64,000 nt of DNA, taken from NCBI RefSeq assembly GCF_003334785.1, contig NZ_QOWV01000002.1. One strand, written 5' to 3'. This DNA is from Escherichia coli. Lineage in GTDB: Bacteria; Pseudomonadota; Gammaproteobacteria; Enterobacterales; Enterobacteriaceae. Below are positions 1-11,409 of the stretch, one piece after another (position 1 is the first letter of the stretch; every line of letters starts with the position of its first letter). The position numbers were made by a program, and so were the translations under genes. The notes below the pieces were generated by a model. The model was not told the DNA's origin. It was given only the letters and a program-made list of their open reading frames with translations, and ran no database searches.

Positions 1-1301
1 CATTTGAGTTCTCCGGGCGGGTTAATCGCGATCAGCGCGATCTCACGATATCCCTTAACGGTACGGTAGATGCTTCTGATTATCCGCATGATTTAACGGC
101 GGCTATTGAACAAATTAACTGGCAGTTGCAGGGTGCCGATTTACCAAAACAAGGTATTCAGGGGCAGGGGAGTTTCCAGGCCCAGTGGCAGGAGTCACAT
201 AAACGCCTTTCATTTAACCAAATTAGTTTGACCGCCAATGATAGTACGCTAAGCGGGCAAGCACAGGTTACGCTGACAGAGAAACCGGAATGGCAGCTGA
301 GGCTGCAATTCCCGCAACTGAATCTTGACAACCTCATCCCGCTTAATGAAACCGCGAATGGTGAAAACGGTGCCGCGCAGCAGGGGCAGAGCCAATCAAC
401 GTTGCCGCGCCCGGTCATTTCTTCGCGTATTGATGAACCGGCCTATCAGGGACTGCAAGGCTTTACGGCTGATATTTTGTTGCAGGCCAGTAACGTGCGC
501 TGGCGCGGAATGAATTTTACAGATGTTGCCACGCAAATGACCAACAAGTCGGGTTTGCTGGAAATTACTCAACTGCAGGGCAAACTTAACGGTGGACAGG
601 TTTCACTGCCGGGCACGCTGGACGCGACATCAATTAATCCGCGGATAAACTTCCAGCCACGGCTGGAAAACGTTGAGATTGGTACCATTCTGAAGGCGTT
701 TAACTATCCGATTTCGTTGACCGGAAAAATGTCACTGGCTGGTGATTTCTCCGGTGCTGACATAGATGCCGACGCATTCCGCCACAACTGGCAAGGACAG
801 GCACATGTCGAAATGACCGACACGCGCATGGAAGGGATGAACTTCCAGCAGATGATTCAGCAAGCGGTAGAGCGTAATGGCGGTGATGTGAAGGCCGCTG
901 AAAACTTTGATAACGTGACGCGGCTTGACCGCTTTACCACCGATTTGACGTTGAAGGATGGCGTCGTGACGTTAAACGACATGCAAGGTCAATCGCCTGT
1001 GCTGGCGCTGACAGGGGAAGGCATGTTGAATCTGGCAGATCAAACCTGCGACACCCAGTTTGATATTCGGGTCGTGGGTGGCTGGAACGGGGAAAGCAAA
1101 CTGATTGATTTCCTGAAAGAAACGCCAGTACCGCTGCGGGTTTATGGCAACTGGCAGCAACTCAATTACAGCCTGCAAGTGGATCAGTTACTGCGCAAAC
1201 ATCTACAGGACGAAGCGAAACGTCGCCTGAATGACTGGGCCGAGCGGAATAAAGATTCCCGTAATGGCAAAGATGTGAAGAAGTTGCTGGAGAAGATGTA
1301 G
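1..1301 (+). CDS. asmA: AsmA-family outer-membrane assembly protein, C-terminal part; 5' end lies outside the window (reading frame open from position 3)
   Basis: Frame is open from the window edge to the stop at 1301; position left of yegH and the colanic-acid cluster; recalled AsmA C-terminus. Confidence 0.75.
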   Translation, partial: FEFSGRVNRDQRDLTISLNGTVDASDYPHDLTAAIEQINWQLQGADLPKQGIQGQGSFQAQWQESHKRLSFNQISLTANDSTLSGQAQVTLTEKPEWQLRLQFPQLNLDNLIPLNETANGENGAAQQGQSQSTLPRPVISSRIDEPAYQGLQGFTADILLQASNVRWRGMNFTDVATQMTNKSGLLEITQLQGKLNGGQVSLPGTLDATSINPRINFQPRLENVEIGTILKAFNYPISLTGKMSLAGDFSGADIDADAFRHNWQGQAHVEMTDTRMEGMNFQQMIQQAVERNGGDVKAAENFDNVTRLDRFTTDLTLKDGVVTLNDMQGQSPVLALTGEGMLNLADQTCDTQFDIRVVGGWNGESKLIDFLKETPVPLRVYGNWQQLNYSLQVDQLLRKHLQDEAKRRLNDWAERNKDSRNGKDVKKLLEKM

Positions 1302-1315
1302 GTTACCAGGTGACC

Positions 1316-1366
1316 AGTCCTGTAGGCCTGATAAGACGCGTAAAGCGTCGCATCAGGCGTTCGTGG
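1316..1366. repeat. REP (repetitive extragenic palindrome) unit
   Basis: Contains the gcctgataagacgcg...cgtcgcatcaggc palindromic motif typical of E. coli REP elements. Confidence 0.6.
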
Positions 1367-1574
1367 CGGCATCATTATATTCTGAATATGTAAGATCGAA
1401 GGCTGTTCCGTTCACTTGATGTTCCTCGCTACTATGGAACGCTCAAGCCGGTGAACGTGCCAGGGTGGCTCAATCTCCACCACCCTGGCAACCCGGGCTC
1501 CCGGCGGTAAATCGCCGATGGCGCGGTTCCCTCATCTTATTCCTTTCGGCTATTGGGTAAAATGACCGATACCA

Positions 1575-3158
1575 TCACACCTCGTACTCCATCTCGCCAT
1601 CCTTACGCAGCGGTATAATCTGCACCTTCTGCACGCGATGGCTTTCTACCTGCAACGTTTTAAGCAAATAATCCCCCACCTGAACTTCTTCGCCAGGTTT
1701 TGGAATACGCTGCAAATACTCCATCAACAGCCCGGCAATGGTGTGATATTCACGTTTTTCATCCAGCGGCAGCGGCACATATTGCACCAGATCCTCCAGC
1801 GGCATATGACCATTCGCCGTCCAGGAACCGTCCGCATTCTTCTGAATATCATGGCGGGCGTCGATCTCTTCCACTTCGTTCGGTAAGTTACCGGCAATGG
1901 TTTCAGTGACGTCACTTAATGTCACAATCCCTTCCACCGAGCCAAACTCATCCACCACAAAAGCAAAGTGCGTGCGGGCATTACGGAACTGCTCCAGGGC
2001 AGGTAACAACGGCAAGGTTTCCGGGAACACCAGCGGCTGGCGAATCAACACCCGCAGGTTGAGCGGTTCGCCGCGCAGAGACTGTTGTAGCAGGTCGATA
2101 ACGTGAACAACACCGAGCAAATCTTCTGCGTCATCACCGTCGGTAACCACCAGCCGCGTATGCTGATTTCGCTCCAGCAACTGGCGGATTTCTTCTTCCG
2201 GCGCGTTGAGATCGATATGCTCAATATCGTGGCGCGACGTCATAATGCTGCTGACGGTACGCTGGTTAAGATTAAGTACCCGCTCAATCATCCGCCGTTC
2301 CTGCGGATTAAAGATCTGCTGGTTACCATGATCCACCAGCATGGACGCGGTTTCGGCGTCCAGTTCCGCATCTTCTTTTTGCCCGCTAAGCAGGCGCATT
2401 ACCGCTTCGGTAGTCCGCTGGCGCAGCGTCTGGTTAGCGGAAAGAAAACGTCGCCGGTTAAAGATAGCCAACTGATTGAGCGCCTCGATCATCACCGAGA
2501 AACCAATGGCAGCGTACAGGTAGCCTTTCGGAATGACGAAGCCGAAACCTTCTGCCACCAGGCTAAAGCCAATCATCAACAGGAAGCTTAAGCAGAGAAT
2601 AACGATCGTCGGGTGACTGTTAACAAATTGCGTTAACGGCTTGCTGGCCATCAACATCAGGCTGATAGCGATAACCACGGCGGCCATCATGACCAGTAAA
2701 TGGTCGACCATCCCGACGGCGGTAATCACTGAGTCGAGTGAGAAAATGGCGTCCAGTACCACAATTTGCGTCACCACGCCCCAGAACTTCGCACCTTTGC
2801 GTTGTGTGGGATTATTGCTGTCTTTCCCTTCCAGCCGTTCGTTCAGCTCCATCGTGGCTTTGAACAACAGGAAGAAACCACCAAACAGCATGATTAAGTC
2901 GCGGGCGCTAAAGGTAAACGAGCGGAAGCTGAACAGCGGTTGAGTCAGGGTGACCAGCCAGGAGATTGACGCCAGCAGTAACAGGCGCATTAACATCGCC
3001 AGCAGCAGCCCGGTAACCCGTGCGCGGTCGCGCTGCTTCGGCGGTAGTTTTTCGGCGAGGATGGCAATAAAGACCAGGTTATCAATGCCGAGGACCAGTT
3101 CGATCACAATCAGCGTGATTAACCCGGCCCAGATAGACGGATCGGCAATCCATTCCAT
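1575..3158 (-). CDS. yegH: Inner-membrane protein YegH (TerC-type membrane domain plus CBS/CorC domains)
   Basis: ORF 1575..3224; hydrophobic N-terminal half and CBS/CorC-like C-terminal half; start placed at internal Met ([10 protein letters not shown]) to give the expected 527 aa. Confidence 0.8.
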   Translation of the reverse strand: MEWIADPSIWAGLITLIVIELVLGIDNLVFIAILAEKLPPKQRDRARVTGLLLAMLMRLLLLASISWLVTLTQPLFSFRSFTFSARDLIMLFGGFFLLFKATMELNERLEGKDSNNPTQRKGAKFWGVVTQIVVLDAIFSLDSVITAVGMVDHLLVMMAAVVIAISLMLMASKPLTQFVNSHPTIVILCLSFLLMIGFSLVAEGFGFVIPKGYLYAAIGFSVMIEALNQLAIFNRRRFLSANQTLRQRTTEAVMRLLSGQKEDAELDAETASMLVDHGNQQIFNPQERRMIERVLNLNQRTVSSIMTSRHDIEHIDLNAPEEEIRQLLERNQHTRLVVTDGDDAEDLLGVVHVIDLLQQSLRGEPLNLRVLIRQPLVFPETLPLLPALEQFRNARTHFAFVVDEFGSVEGIVTLSDVTETIAGNLPNEVEEIDARHDIQKNADGSWTANGHMPLEDLVQYVPLPLDEKREYHTIAGLLMEYLQRIPKPGEEVQVGDYLLKTLQVESHRVQKVQIIPLRKDGEMEYEV

Positions 3159-3595
3159 AGTAAGTACAAAACCTATTCGTTGTATGACAAATGTCACAAT
3201 TCGATCATGGATAAATCGGGGCAAAAATGCAATGTTGCAGCACTATTTATCTCATATTATTTGAGGGTAATAACCTCACATTATCCCTGAATTAAAAGTG
3301 GTAATAATAAAACATTATTTAAGAAATATCGCATGTGGAGGCGCAATATTAAATATTGTCAACCTAAAGAAACTCCTAAAAACCATATTGAATGACACTT
3401 AATATAATTCTTAAAAATAGCCAATTACCGAATTGTTATCTTGCCTGCTATTCCGTTAGCTGTAACACTTCCTCCTGCATTATTGGAAAGCCAATATTCA
3501 ATTACCATAATGTCACCTTATATTCGGAAGTTAATTTCCGTAATAACCCTTTCTCATCAACGACTGCATGCTGAGAGGGTGTGAAAAATTAAACT

Positions 3596-3638
3596 AAATC
3601 AGTGTATTGGTAGCTAAAAAGCCAGGGGCGGTAGCGTG
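3596..3638 (+). promoter_or_regulatory. JUMPStart element containing the ops motif GGCGGTAGCGTG (3627..3638) in the wza leader
   Basis: Exact ops 12-mer read in sequence, about 180 bp upstream of the wza start; same element repeated at 28098..28136. Confidence 0.8.
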
Positions 3639-3816
3639 TCTGGATGCCTGAAAGACCAGTCTGAATTATTCTGTCAATAGCCTGCGGATGAAATCAATTT
3701 TTTTAGGACTGATGCCAGTTAAATTTTTATTCAATTAACTGCAAGGTAAATGTGCATGGCGACATTGCTATTAATAGTGCACAGGATAATTACTCTGCCA
3801 AAGTGATAAATAAACA

Positions 3817-4956
3817 ATGATGAAATCCAAAATGAAATTGATGCCATTATTGGTGTCAGTAACCTTGATAAGCGGTTGCACAGTACTTCCGGGCAGCAAT
3901 ATGTCGACGATGGGCAAAGACGTCATCAAACAGCAGGACGCTGATTTCGATCTCGACAAAATGGTGAATGTTTATCCGCTGACCCCGCGCCTGATTGACC
4001 AATTACGCCCACGCCCGAATGTAGCGCGCCCCAATATGACGCTGGAAAGTGAGATCGCGAATTACCAGTATCGCGTCGGGCCGGGGGACGTTCTTAATGT
4101 CACCGTCTGGGATCACCCGGAACTCACCACGCCAGCCGGTCAGTACCGCAGCTCCAGCGACACCGGCAACTGGGTACAGCCTGACGGCACTATGTTTTAC
4201 CCGTATATCGGCAAGGTCCACGTAGTCGGGAAAACGCTCGCTGAAATCCGCAGTGATATTACCGGGCGCTTAGCGACGTACATCGCTGACCCGCAGGTGG
4301 ACGTTAATATCGCCGCCTTCCGCTCACAAAAGGCCTATATCTCCGGTCAGGTGAATAAATCCGGTCAACAGGCGATCACCAACGTGCCACTGACTATTCT
4401 CGACGCCATCAACGCCGCAGGTGGCCTGACCGACACCGCTGACTGGCGCAACGTGGTGCTAACACACAATGGTCGTGAAGAGCGCATTTCTTTGCAGGCG
4501 CTGATGCAAAACGGCGACCTCAACCAGAATCGCCTGCTTTACCCCGGCGATATTCTCTACGTGCCACGTAATGATGATCTGAAAGTATTTGTGATGGGTG
4601 AAGTGAAGAAACAGAGCACCCTGAAAATGGACTTTAGCGGCATGACCCTGACTGAAGCCCTGGGCAATGCTGAAGGCATCGACATGACCACCTCCAACGC
4701 CAGCGGCATCTTTGTCATTCGTCCGCTGAAAGGCGAGGGCGGGCGTAACGGCAAGATTGCCAATATCTACCAGCTGGATATGTCCGATGCCACGTCGCTG
4801 GTGATGGCGACAGAATTCCGCCTGCAACCTTATGACGTGGTGTATGTCACCACCGCCCCGGTTTCCCGCTGGAACCGTCTGATCAATCAGTTGCTGCCAA
4901 CTATTAGCGGTGTCCGTTACATGACGGATACAGCCAGCGACATTCATAACTGGTAA
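3817..4956 (+). CDS. wza: Outer-membrane polysaccharide export lipoprotein Wza
   Basis: 379 aa; lipoprotein signal [21 protein letters not shown]; first gene of the cluster. Confidence 0.95.
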   Translation: MMKSKMKLMPLLVSVTLISGCTVLPGSNMSTMGKDVIKQQDADFDLDKMVNVYPLTPRLIDQLRPRPNVARPNMTLESEIANYQYRVGPGDVLNVTVWDHPELTTPAGQYRSSSDTGNWVQPDGTMFYPYIGKVHVVGKTLAEIRSDITGRLATYIADPQVDVNIAAFRSQKAYISGQVNKSGQQAITNVPLTILDAINAAGGLTDTADWRNVVLTHNGREERISLQALMQNGDLNQNRLLYPGDILYVPRNDDLKVFVMGEVKKQSTLKMDFSGMTLTEALGNAEGIDMTTSNASGIFVIRPLKGEGGRNGKIANIYQLDMSDATSLVMATEFRLQPYDVVYVTTAPVSRWNRLINQLLPTISGVRYMTDTASDIHNW

Positions 4957-4961
4957 TCGTC

Positions 4962-5405
4962 ATGTTTAACAACATCTTAGTTGTCTGTGTCGGCAATATT
5001 TGCCGTTCCCCGACGGCGGAACGCTTACTGCAACGTTATCACCCGGAGCTGAAAGTGGAGTCCGCTGGACTCGGCGCGCTGGTCGGTAAGGGCGCTGATC
5101 CTACCGCTATCAGCGTCGCCGCAGAACATCAACTGTCTCTGGAAGGTCACTGTGCCCGTCAAATCAGCCGCCGTCTGTGTCGCAACTACGACCTGATTTT
5201 GACCATGGAAAAGCGCCATATCGAACGCTTATGCGAGATGGCACCGGAGATGCGCGGCAAAGTGATGCTGTTTGGTCACTGGGATAACGAATGTGAAATC
5301 CCCGATCCGTATCGCAAAAGCCGGGAAACGTTTGCAGCGGTGTACACATTACTTGAACGGTCTGCCCGCCAGTGGGCGCAGGCATTGAACGCAGAGCAGG
5401 TATAA
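4962..5405 (+). CDS. wzb: Low-molecular-weight protein-tyrosine phosphatase Wzb
   Basis: 147 aa; N-terminal CVGNICRSP phosphatase motif. Confidence 0.95.
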   Translation: MFNNILVVCVGNICRSPTAERLLQRYHPELKVESAGLGALVGKGADPTAISVAAEHQLSLEGHCARQISRRLCRNYDLILTMEKRHIERLCEMAPEMRGKVMLFGHWDNECEIPDPYRKSRETFAAVYTLLERSARQWAQALNAEQV

Positions 5406-5407
5406 GA

Positions 5408-7570
5408 ATGACAGAAAAAGTAAAACAACATGCCGCTCCGGTAACGGGCAGTGATGAAATCGATATTGGTCGCCTGGTCGGCACCGTCATTGAAGCGCGC
5501 TGGTGGGTGATTGGCATCACCGCTGTATTTGCCCTCTGTGCCGTGGTTTACACCTTCTTCGCCACGCCGATTTATAGTGCCGACGCACTGGTACAAATCG
5601 AGCAAAACAGCGGCAATTCGTTAGTGCAGGACATTGGTTCGGCATTAGCCAACAAACCGCCTGCATCGGACGCCGAGATCCAGTTGATTCGTTCGCGTCT
5701 GGTGCTTGGTAAAACGGTGGACGATCTCGACCTCGATATTGCGGTGAGCAAAAACACGTTCCCGATTTTCGGTGCGGGCTGGGATCGTTTGATGGGACGT
5801 CAGAACGAGACGGTGAAAGTGACCACCTTTAACCGCCCGAAAGAGATGGCGGATCAGGTGTTTACGCTTAATGTGCTGGACGATAAAAACTACACCCTGA
5901 GCAGTGATGGCGGCTTTAGCGCCCGTGGACAAGCGGGCCAGATGCTGAAAAAAGAAGGCGTCACGCTGATGGTTGAAGCCATTCACGCCCGCCCGGGCAG
6001 TGAGTTTACCGTCACCAAATACTCCACGCTGGGGATGATCAATCAACTGCAAAACAGCCTGACGGTAACGGAGAACGGCAAAGACGCAGGCGTACTGAGC
6101 CTGACTTATACCGGTGAAGATCGCGAACAGATCCGCGACATTCTTAATAGCATCGCCCGTAACTATCAGGAACAAAATATTGAGCGCAAATCGGCGGAAG
6201 CGTCGAAAAGCCTCGCTTTCCTCGCGCAACAGTTACCGGAAGTACGTAGCCGCCTTGATGTTGCCGAAAACAAACTGAATGCCTTCCGTCAGGATAAAGA
6301 TTCTGTTGATCTGCCGCTGGAAGCGAAAGCGGTGCTCGATTCGATGGTGAACATCGACGCGCAGTTGAACGAACTGACCTTTAAAGAGGCGGAAATCTCC
6401 AAGCTGTACACCAAAGTTCACCCGGCGTACCGCACGCTGCTGGAGAAACGTCAGGCGCTGGAAGACGAAAAAGCCAAACTTAACGGTCGCGTAACGGCGA
6501 TGCCGAAAACCCAGCAGGAGATTGTCCGTCTGACCCGCGATGTCGAGTCTGGTCAGCAGGTCTATATGCAACTGCTGAATAAAGAGCAGGAGCTGAAAAT
6601 CACCGAAGCCAGCACCGTCGGCGATGTGCGCATTGTTGACCCGGCAATCACTCAGCCTGGTGTGCTAAAACCGAAGAAAGGGCTGATTATCCTTGGGGCG
6701 ATTATTCTTGGCCTGATGCTCTCTATCGTGGGTGTGCTGCTGCGCTCGTTGTTTAATCGCGGCATCGAAAGCCCGCAGGTGCTGGAAGAACACGGTATCA
6801 GCGTCTATGCCAGCATCCCGTTGTCGGAATGGCAGAAAGCGCGCGATAGCGTCAAAACCATCAAAGGGATTAAACGCTATAAACAGAGCCAGCTACTGGC
6901 GGTGGGGAATCCAACCGATCTGGCGATTGAAGCCATCCGCAGTCTGCGTACCAGTCTGCACTTCGCGATGATGCAGGCGCAGAACAATGTGTTGATGATG
7001 ACCGGGGTTAGCCCGTCAATCGGTAAAACCTTTGTCTGCGCCAACCTGGCGGCGGTGATCAGCCAGACCAATAAACGCGTGTTGTTGATCGACTGCGATA
7101 TGCGCAAAGGCTACACCCACGAGCTGTTGGGCACCAATAACGTCAATGGCCTGTCGGAAATTCTGATTGGTCAGGGCGATATTACTACCGCAGCTAAACC
7201 GACCTCTATTGCCAAATTTGACCTGATCCCGCGCGGTCAGGTGCCGCCAAATCCTTCTGAACTGTTGATGAGCGAACGCTTTGCCGAACTGGTGAACTGG
7301 GCGAGTAAAAACTATGACCTGGTGTTGATTGATACGCCGCCGATTCTGGCAGTGACCGATGCGGCAATTGTTGGTCGTCATGTCGGAACCACATTAATGG
7401 TGGCGCGTTATGCGGTCAACACATTGAAAGAAGTGGAAACCAGTCTGAGCCGCTTTGAGCAAAACGGTATTCCGGTGAAAGGGGTGATTCTGAACTCCAT
7501 CTTCCGCCGCGCCAGCGCGTATCAGGATTATGGCTATTACGAATACGAATATAAGTCGGATGCGAAATAA
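5408..7570 (+). CDS. wzc: Tyrosine autokinase / polysaccharide co-polymerase Wzc
   Basis: Start at MTEKVKQ (internal Met of ORF 5372..7570); Walker-A-like GVSPSIGKT; C-terminal tyrosine cluster YQDYGYYEYEY. Confidence 0.95.
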   Translation: MTEKVKQHAAPVTGSDEIDIGRLVGTVIEARWWVIGITAVFALCAVVYTFFATPIYSADALVQIEQNSGNSLVQDIGSALANKPPASDAEIQLIRSRLVLGKTVDDLDLDIAVSKNTFPIFGAGWDRLMGRQNETVKVTTFNRPKEMADQVFTLNVLDDKNYTLSSDGGFSARGQAGQMLKKEGVTLMVEAIHARPGSEFTVTKYSTLGMINQLQNSLTVTENGKDAGVLSLTYTGEDREQIRDILNSIARNYQEQNIERKSAEASKSLAFLAQQLPEVRSRLDVAENKLNAFRQDKDSVDLPLEAKAVLDSMVNIDAQLNELTFKEAEISKLYTKVHPAYRTLLEKRQALEDEKAKLNGRVTAMPKTQQEIVRLTRDVESGQQVYMQLLNKEQELKITEASTVGDVRIVDPAITQPGVLKPKKGLIILGAIILGLMLSIVGVLLRSLFNRGIESPQVLEEHGISVYASIPLSEWQKARDSVKTIKGIKRYKQSQLLAVGNPTDLAIEAIRSLRTSLHFAMMQAQNNVLMMTGVSPSIGKTFVCANLAAVISQTNKRVLLIDCDMRKGYTHELLGTNNVNGLSEILIGQGDITTAAKPTSIAKFDLIPRGQVPPNPSELLMSERFAELVNWASKNYDLVLIDTPPILAVTDAAIVGRHVGTTLMVARYAVNTLKEVETSLSRFEQNGIPVKGVILNSIFRRASAYQDYGYYEYEYKSDAK

Positions 7571-7584
7571 CGACGCCTGCATTC

Positions 7585-7635
7585 GCACCGCCCCGTAGGC
7601 CGGATAAGGCGTTCACGCCGCATCCGGCAAGCAAA
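7585..7635. repeat. REP unit between wzc and wcaA
   Basis: ggccggataaggcgttcacgccgcatccggc REP-type palindrome. Confidence 0.5.
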
Positions 7636-7662
7636 CCAGCTCATAAGCCGGGAGAACAACCT

Positions 7663-8502
7663 ATGAAAGACAATCCGCTGATCTCAATCTATATGCCGAC
7701 CTGGAACCGCCAACAACTGGCGATTCGGGCGATAAAATCGGTCCTGCGCCAGGACTACAGTAACTGGGAGATGATCATCGTGGATGATTGCTCCACCTCC
7801 TGGGAACAACTGCAACAGTACGTCAGCGCCCTCAACGATCCGCGTATCACCTACATTCACAACGACATTAACAGCGGGGCGTGCGCGGTACGTAACCAGG
7901 CGATTATGCTGGCGCAAGGGGAATACATTACCGGGATCGATGACGATGATGAATGGACGCCCAACCGTCTGAGCGTCTTCCTCGCCCATAAACAGCAACT
8001 GGTCACACACGCCTTTTTGTACGCTAACGACTACGTTTGCCAGGGCGAAGTCTATTCCCAACCGGCAAGCTTGCCGCTGTATCCCAAATCGCCGTATTCA
8101 CGCCGCCTGTTCTACAAACGCAATATCATTGGCAATCAGGTCTTTACCTGGGCATGGCGTTTCAAAGATTGTTTGTTCGATACCGAACTAAAAGCGGCAC
8201 AGGATTACGACATCTTCCTGCGGATGGTGGTGGAGTATGGCGAACCGTGGAAAGTGGAAGAGGCGACGCAGATCCTGCATATCAATCACGGTGAAATGCA
8301 GATCACCTCGTCACCGAAAAAATTCTCCGGATACTTCCACTTTTACCGCAAGCACAAAGACAAATTTGACCGTGCCAGTAAAAAATATCAGCTGTTTACC
8401 CTCTACCAGATCCGCAATAAACGTATGACCTGGCGCACTTTGCTGACGCTGCTGTCGGTGCGTAACGGCAAACGTCTGGCTGATGGTATTCGGGGGCGCT
8501 AA
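7663..8502 (+). CDS. wcaA: Colanic-acid glycosyltransferase WcaA (GT2)
   Basis: 279 aa; GT2-like N-terminus with DDCS and DDDDE motifs; position. Confidence 0.9.
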   Translation: MKDNPLISIYMPTWNRQQLAIRAIKSVLRQDYSNWEMIIVDDCSTSWEQLQQYVSALNDPRITYIHNDINSGACAVRNQAIMLAQGEYITGIDDDDEWTPNRLSVFLAHKQQLVTHAFLYANDYVCQGEVYSQPASLPLYPKSPYSRRLFYKRNIIGNQVFTWAWRFKDCLFDTELKAAQDYDIFLRMVVEYGEPWKVEEATQILHINHGEMQITSSPKKFSGYFHFYRKHKDKFDRASKKYQLFTLYQIRNKRMTWRTLLTLLSVRNGKRLADGIRGR

Positions 8503-8504
8503 AG

Positions 8505-8993
8505 ATGCTGGAAGATCTGCGCGCCAACAGCTGGAGTTTACGTCCGTGCTGCATGGTTCTAGCGTATCGCGTCGCTCATTTTTGTTCGGTGTGGCGCAAA
8601 AAGAACGTCCTCAACAATATTTGGGCGGCCCCTCTGCTGGTGCTGTATCGCATTATCACCGAATGCTTTTTCGGTTATGAAATCCAGGCTGCCGCGACCA
8701 TTGGCCGCCGCTTTACTATCCATCACGGTTACGCCGTAGTGATCAATAAAAACGTGGTGGCGGGGGATGATTTCACCATTCGCCACGGCGTCACTATCGG
8801 CAATCGTGGTGCCGATAACATGGCATGTCCACATATTGGCAACGGCGTCGAACTCGGTGCCAACGTTATTATTCTTGGTGATATCACGCTTGGTAACAAC
8901 GTCACCGTGGGTGCGGGCAGCGTGGTGCTCGACTCTGTCCCGGACAACGCGCTGGTGGTGGGAGAAAAAGCGCGAGTGAAGGTAATTAAATGA
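8505..8993 (+). CDS. wcaB: Colanic-acid O-acetyltransferase WcaB (hexapeptide-repeat)
   Basis: 162 aa; hexapeptide-repeat pattern; position. Confidence 0.9.
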   Translation: MLEDLRANSWSLRPCCMVLAYRVAHFCSVWRKKNVLNNIWAAPLLVLYRIITECFFGYEIQAAATIGRRFTIHHGYAVVINKNVVAGDDFTIRHGVTIGNRGADNMACPHIGNGVELGANVIILGDITLGNNVTVGAGSVVLDSVPDNALVVGEKARVKVIK

Positions 8994-10207
8994 ATATTTT
9001 GCAATTTAATGTGCGACTGGCGGAAGGCGGGGCAGCAGGTGTGGCGTTAGATCTCCACCAGCGTGCGCTGCAACAGGGGCTAGCGTCACATTTTGTCTAC
9101 GGTTACGGCAAAGGCGGCAAAGAGAGCGTCAGCCATCAAAACTATCCGCAGGTCATCAAACATACGCCGCGGATGACTGCAATGGCGAATATTGTCCTGT
9201 TTCGTCTGTTTAATCGCGATCTGTTTGGCAATTTCAATGAGTTATATCGCACCATTACTCGTACACCGGGTCCGGTGGTCCTGCATTTTCATGTGCTGCA
9301 CAGCTACTGGCTAAATCTTAAGAGCGTGGTGCGCTTTTGCGAAAAGGTGAAAAACCATAAACCGGACGTCACTCTGGTCTGGACGCTGCACGACCACTGG
9401 AGCGTTACCGGACGCTGCGCCTTTACCGACGGTTGTGAAGGCTGGAAAACGGGCTGCCAGAAATGCCCGACCTTAAATAACTATCCGCCGGTGAAGATTG
9501 ATCGGGCGCACCAGCTGGTGGCGGGCAAACGCCAGTTATTCCGTGAGATGCTGGCGCTGGGCTGTCAGTTTATTTCCCCCAGCCAGCATGTGGCTGACGC
9601 TTTCAATAGCCTGTACGGTCCAGGGCGTTGCCGGATTATCAATAATGGTATTGATATGGCAACCGAAGCGATTCTGGCGGATCTGCCTCCGGTGCGCGAA
9701 ACCCAGGGCAAGCCGAAAATCGCTGTGGTGGCGCATGACCTGCGTTACGACGGCAAGACTAACCAGCAACTGGTGCGTGAGATGATGGCGCTGGGCGACA
9801 AAATTGAACTGCATACCTTTGGTAAGTTCTCGCCGTTCACCGCTGGCAACGTGGTTAATCACGGCTTTGAAACTGACAAGCGCAAGTTGATGAGCGCGCT
9901 CAATCAGATGGATGCGCTGGTGTTCAGTTCTCGCGTCGATAACTACCCGCTGATTTTGTGTGAGGCGCTATCGATTGGCGTGCCGGTGATTGCCACCCAT
10001 AGCGACGCGGCGCGGGAAGTGTTGCAAAAATCCGGCGGTAAAACCGTCAGCGAAGAAGAGGTGCTGCAACTGGTGCAATTAAGCAAACCGGAAATCGCGC
10101 AGGCGATATTTGGTACCACGCTGGCTGAGTTCAGCAAACGCAGCCGTGCCGCTTACAGTGGACAACAGATGCTGGAGGAGTATGTCAACTTCTATCAGAA
10201 TCTGTAG
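8990..10207 (+). CDS. wcaC: Colanic-acid glycosyltransferase WcaC (GT4-like)
   Basis: 405 aa; position. Confidence 0.9.
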   Translation: MNILQFNVRLAEGGAAGVALDLHQRALQQGLASHFVYGYGKGGKESVSHQNYPQVIKHTPRMTAMANIVLFRLFNRDLFGNFNELYRTITRTPGPVVLHFHVLHSYWLNLKSVVRFCEKVKNHKPDVTLVWTLHDHWSVTGRCAFTDGCEGWKTGCQKCPTLNNYPPVKIDRAHQLVAGKRQLFREMLALGCQFISPSQHVADAFNSLYGPGRCRIINNGIDMATEAILADLPPVRETQGKPKIAVVAHDLRYDGKTNQQLVREMMALGDKIELHTFGKFSPFTAGNVVNHGFETDKRKLMSALNQMDALVFSSRVDNYPLILCEALSIGVPVIATHSDAAREVLQKSGGKTVSEEEVLQLVQLSKPEIAQAIFGTTLAEFSKRSRAAYSGQQMLEEYVNFYQNL

Positions 10208-11399
10208 CTACCTGCTGCTGCCGCTGATCTACCTGCTGGTTAACGTCAAAATCGCCCAGCTTGGTGAAAGTTTCCCCATCACTATCGTCACTTTTTTACC
10301 TGTCTTGTTACTGCTGTTTTTAGAACGCATCAGCGTTAAAAAATTGATGATTGCCTTAGGGATTGGTGCGGGACTCACGGCGTTTAACTACCTGTTTGGT
10401 CAGTCGTTGGATGCCAGTAAATACGTCACTTCAACCATGCTGTTTGTCTATATTGTGATCATTATTGGCATGGTGTGGAGTATTCGCTTTAAAACGATTT
10501 CGCCACACAACCATCGCAAGATATTACGTTTCTTTTATCTGGTGGTCGGGCTGGTGGTGGCGCTGGCGGCGGTGGAGATGGCGCAAATTATCCTCACCGG
10601 CGGCAGCAGTATTATGGAGTCGATATCGAAATATCTGATTTACAGCAACAGCTATGTACTGAATTTCATTAAATTCGGCGGCAAGCGCACGACAGCACTT
10701 TATTTCGAACCGGCATTTTTCGCTCTGGCATTAATCTCAATTTGGCTCAGCATCAAACAGTTTGGTATCAAAACGCCTAAAACCGATGCTATGATTCTCG
10801 CAGGGATAATATTATCCGGATCGTTTTCAGGGGTTATGACCTTTATCCTGTTTTATTTGCTGGAGTGGGCATTTCAATATCTGAATAAAGAGGCGATTAA
10901 GAAAAAGTTACCGTTAGCATTGATTTCTCTGGCTGTATTCCTGGTTGGTGTGGTAATCGCGTTTCCTTATATTTCCACCCGTCTGGGCGATTTAGGTACG
11001 GAAGGATCGTCATCGTATTATCGTATTGTCGGTCCGCTGGTGATGGTCGGTTATTCTTTGACCCATATTGACGGTGTAGTCAGATTTGGCTCACTTTATG
11101 AATATGTCGCATCATTCGGAATATTTAACGGTGCGGATGTCGGAAAAACCATAGACAATGGTTTGTATCTGCTGATTATTTATTTTTCCTGGTTCGCGGT
11201 GTTTTTATCGCTGTGGTACATGGGGAAAGTGATAAAAATGATGATCAACGCTTTTGGTGATAACCGCAATTTTCGCGTGCAATTATATCTTTTTACTCCG
11301 GTTTCGCTGTTTTTTACCGGTTCGATATTTAGCCCGGAATATGCATTTTTAATCGTCTGTCCGTTTATTTTGCGAAAAGCGTTAAATATTACGAGGTAA
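10182..11399 (+). CDS. wcaD: Colanic-acid polymerase WcaD (Wzy-like)
   Basis: Multi-pass membrane protein; start placed at [12 protein letters not shown] (ATG 10182) giving 405 aa; overlaps the wcaC 3' end. Confidence 0.8.
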   Translation: MSTSIRICSYLLLPLIYLLVNVKIAQLGESFPITIVTFLPVLLLLFLERISVKKLMIALGIGAGLTAFNYLFGQSLDASKYVTSTMLFVYIVIIIGMVWSIRFKTISPHNHRKILRFFYLVVGLVVALAAVEMAQIILTGGSSIMESISKYLIYSNSYVLNFIKFGGKRTTALYFEPAFFALALISIWLSIKQFGIKTPKTDAMILAGIILSGSFSGVMTFILFYLLEWAFQYLNKEAIKKKLPLALISLAVFLVGVVIAFPYISTRLGDLGTEGSSSYYRIVGPLVMVGYSLTHIDGVVRFGSLYEYVASFGIFNGADVGKTIDNGLYLLIIYFSWFAVFLSLWYMGKVIKMMINAFGDNRNFRVQLYLFTPVSLFFTGSIFSPEYAFLIVCPFILRKALNITR

Positions 11400-11409
11400 G
11401 AATAAGAAC

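Noticed and set aside
1459-1487. Hairpin ccagggtgg...ccaccctgg between asmA and yegH as a terminator
   Set aside because: No adjacent T-run on either strand; may just be part of repetitive intergenic sequence.
3319-3334. Candidate RcsAB box (ttaagaaatatcgca)
   Set aside because: Only a partial match to the consensus by eye and position relative to the promoter is unverified; not reported as a feature.
3392-3574. 60-aa ORF in the wza upstream region
   Set aside because: Lies in the AT-rich cps promoter/leader, low-complexity, no ribosome-binding site context.
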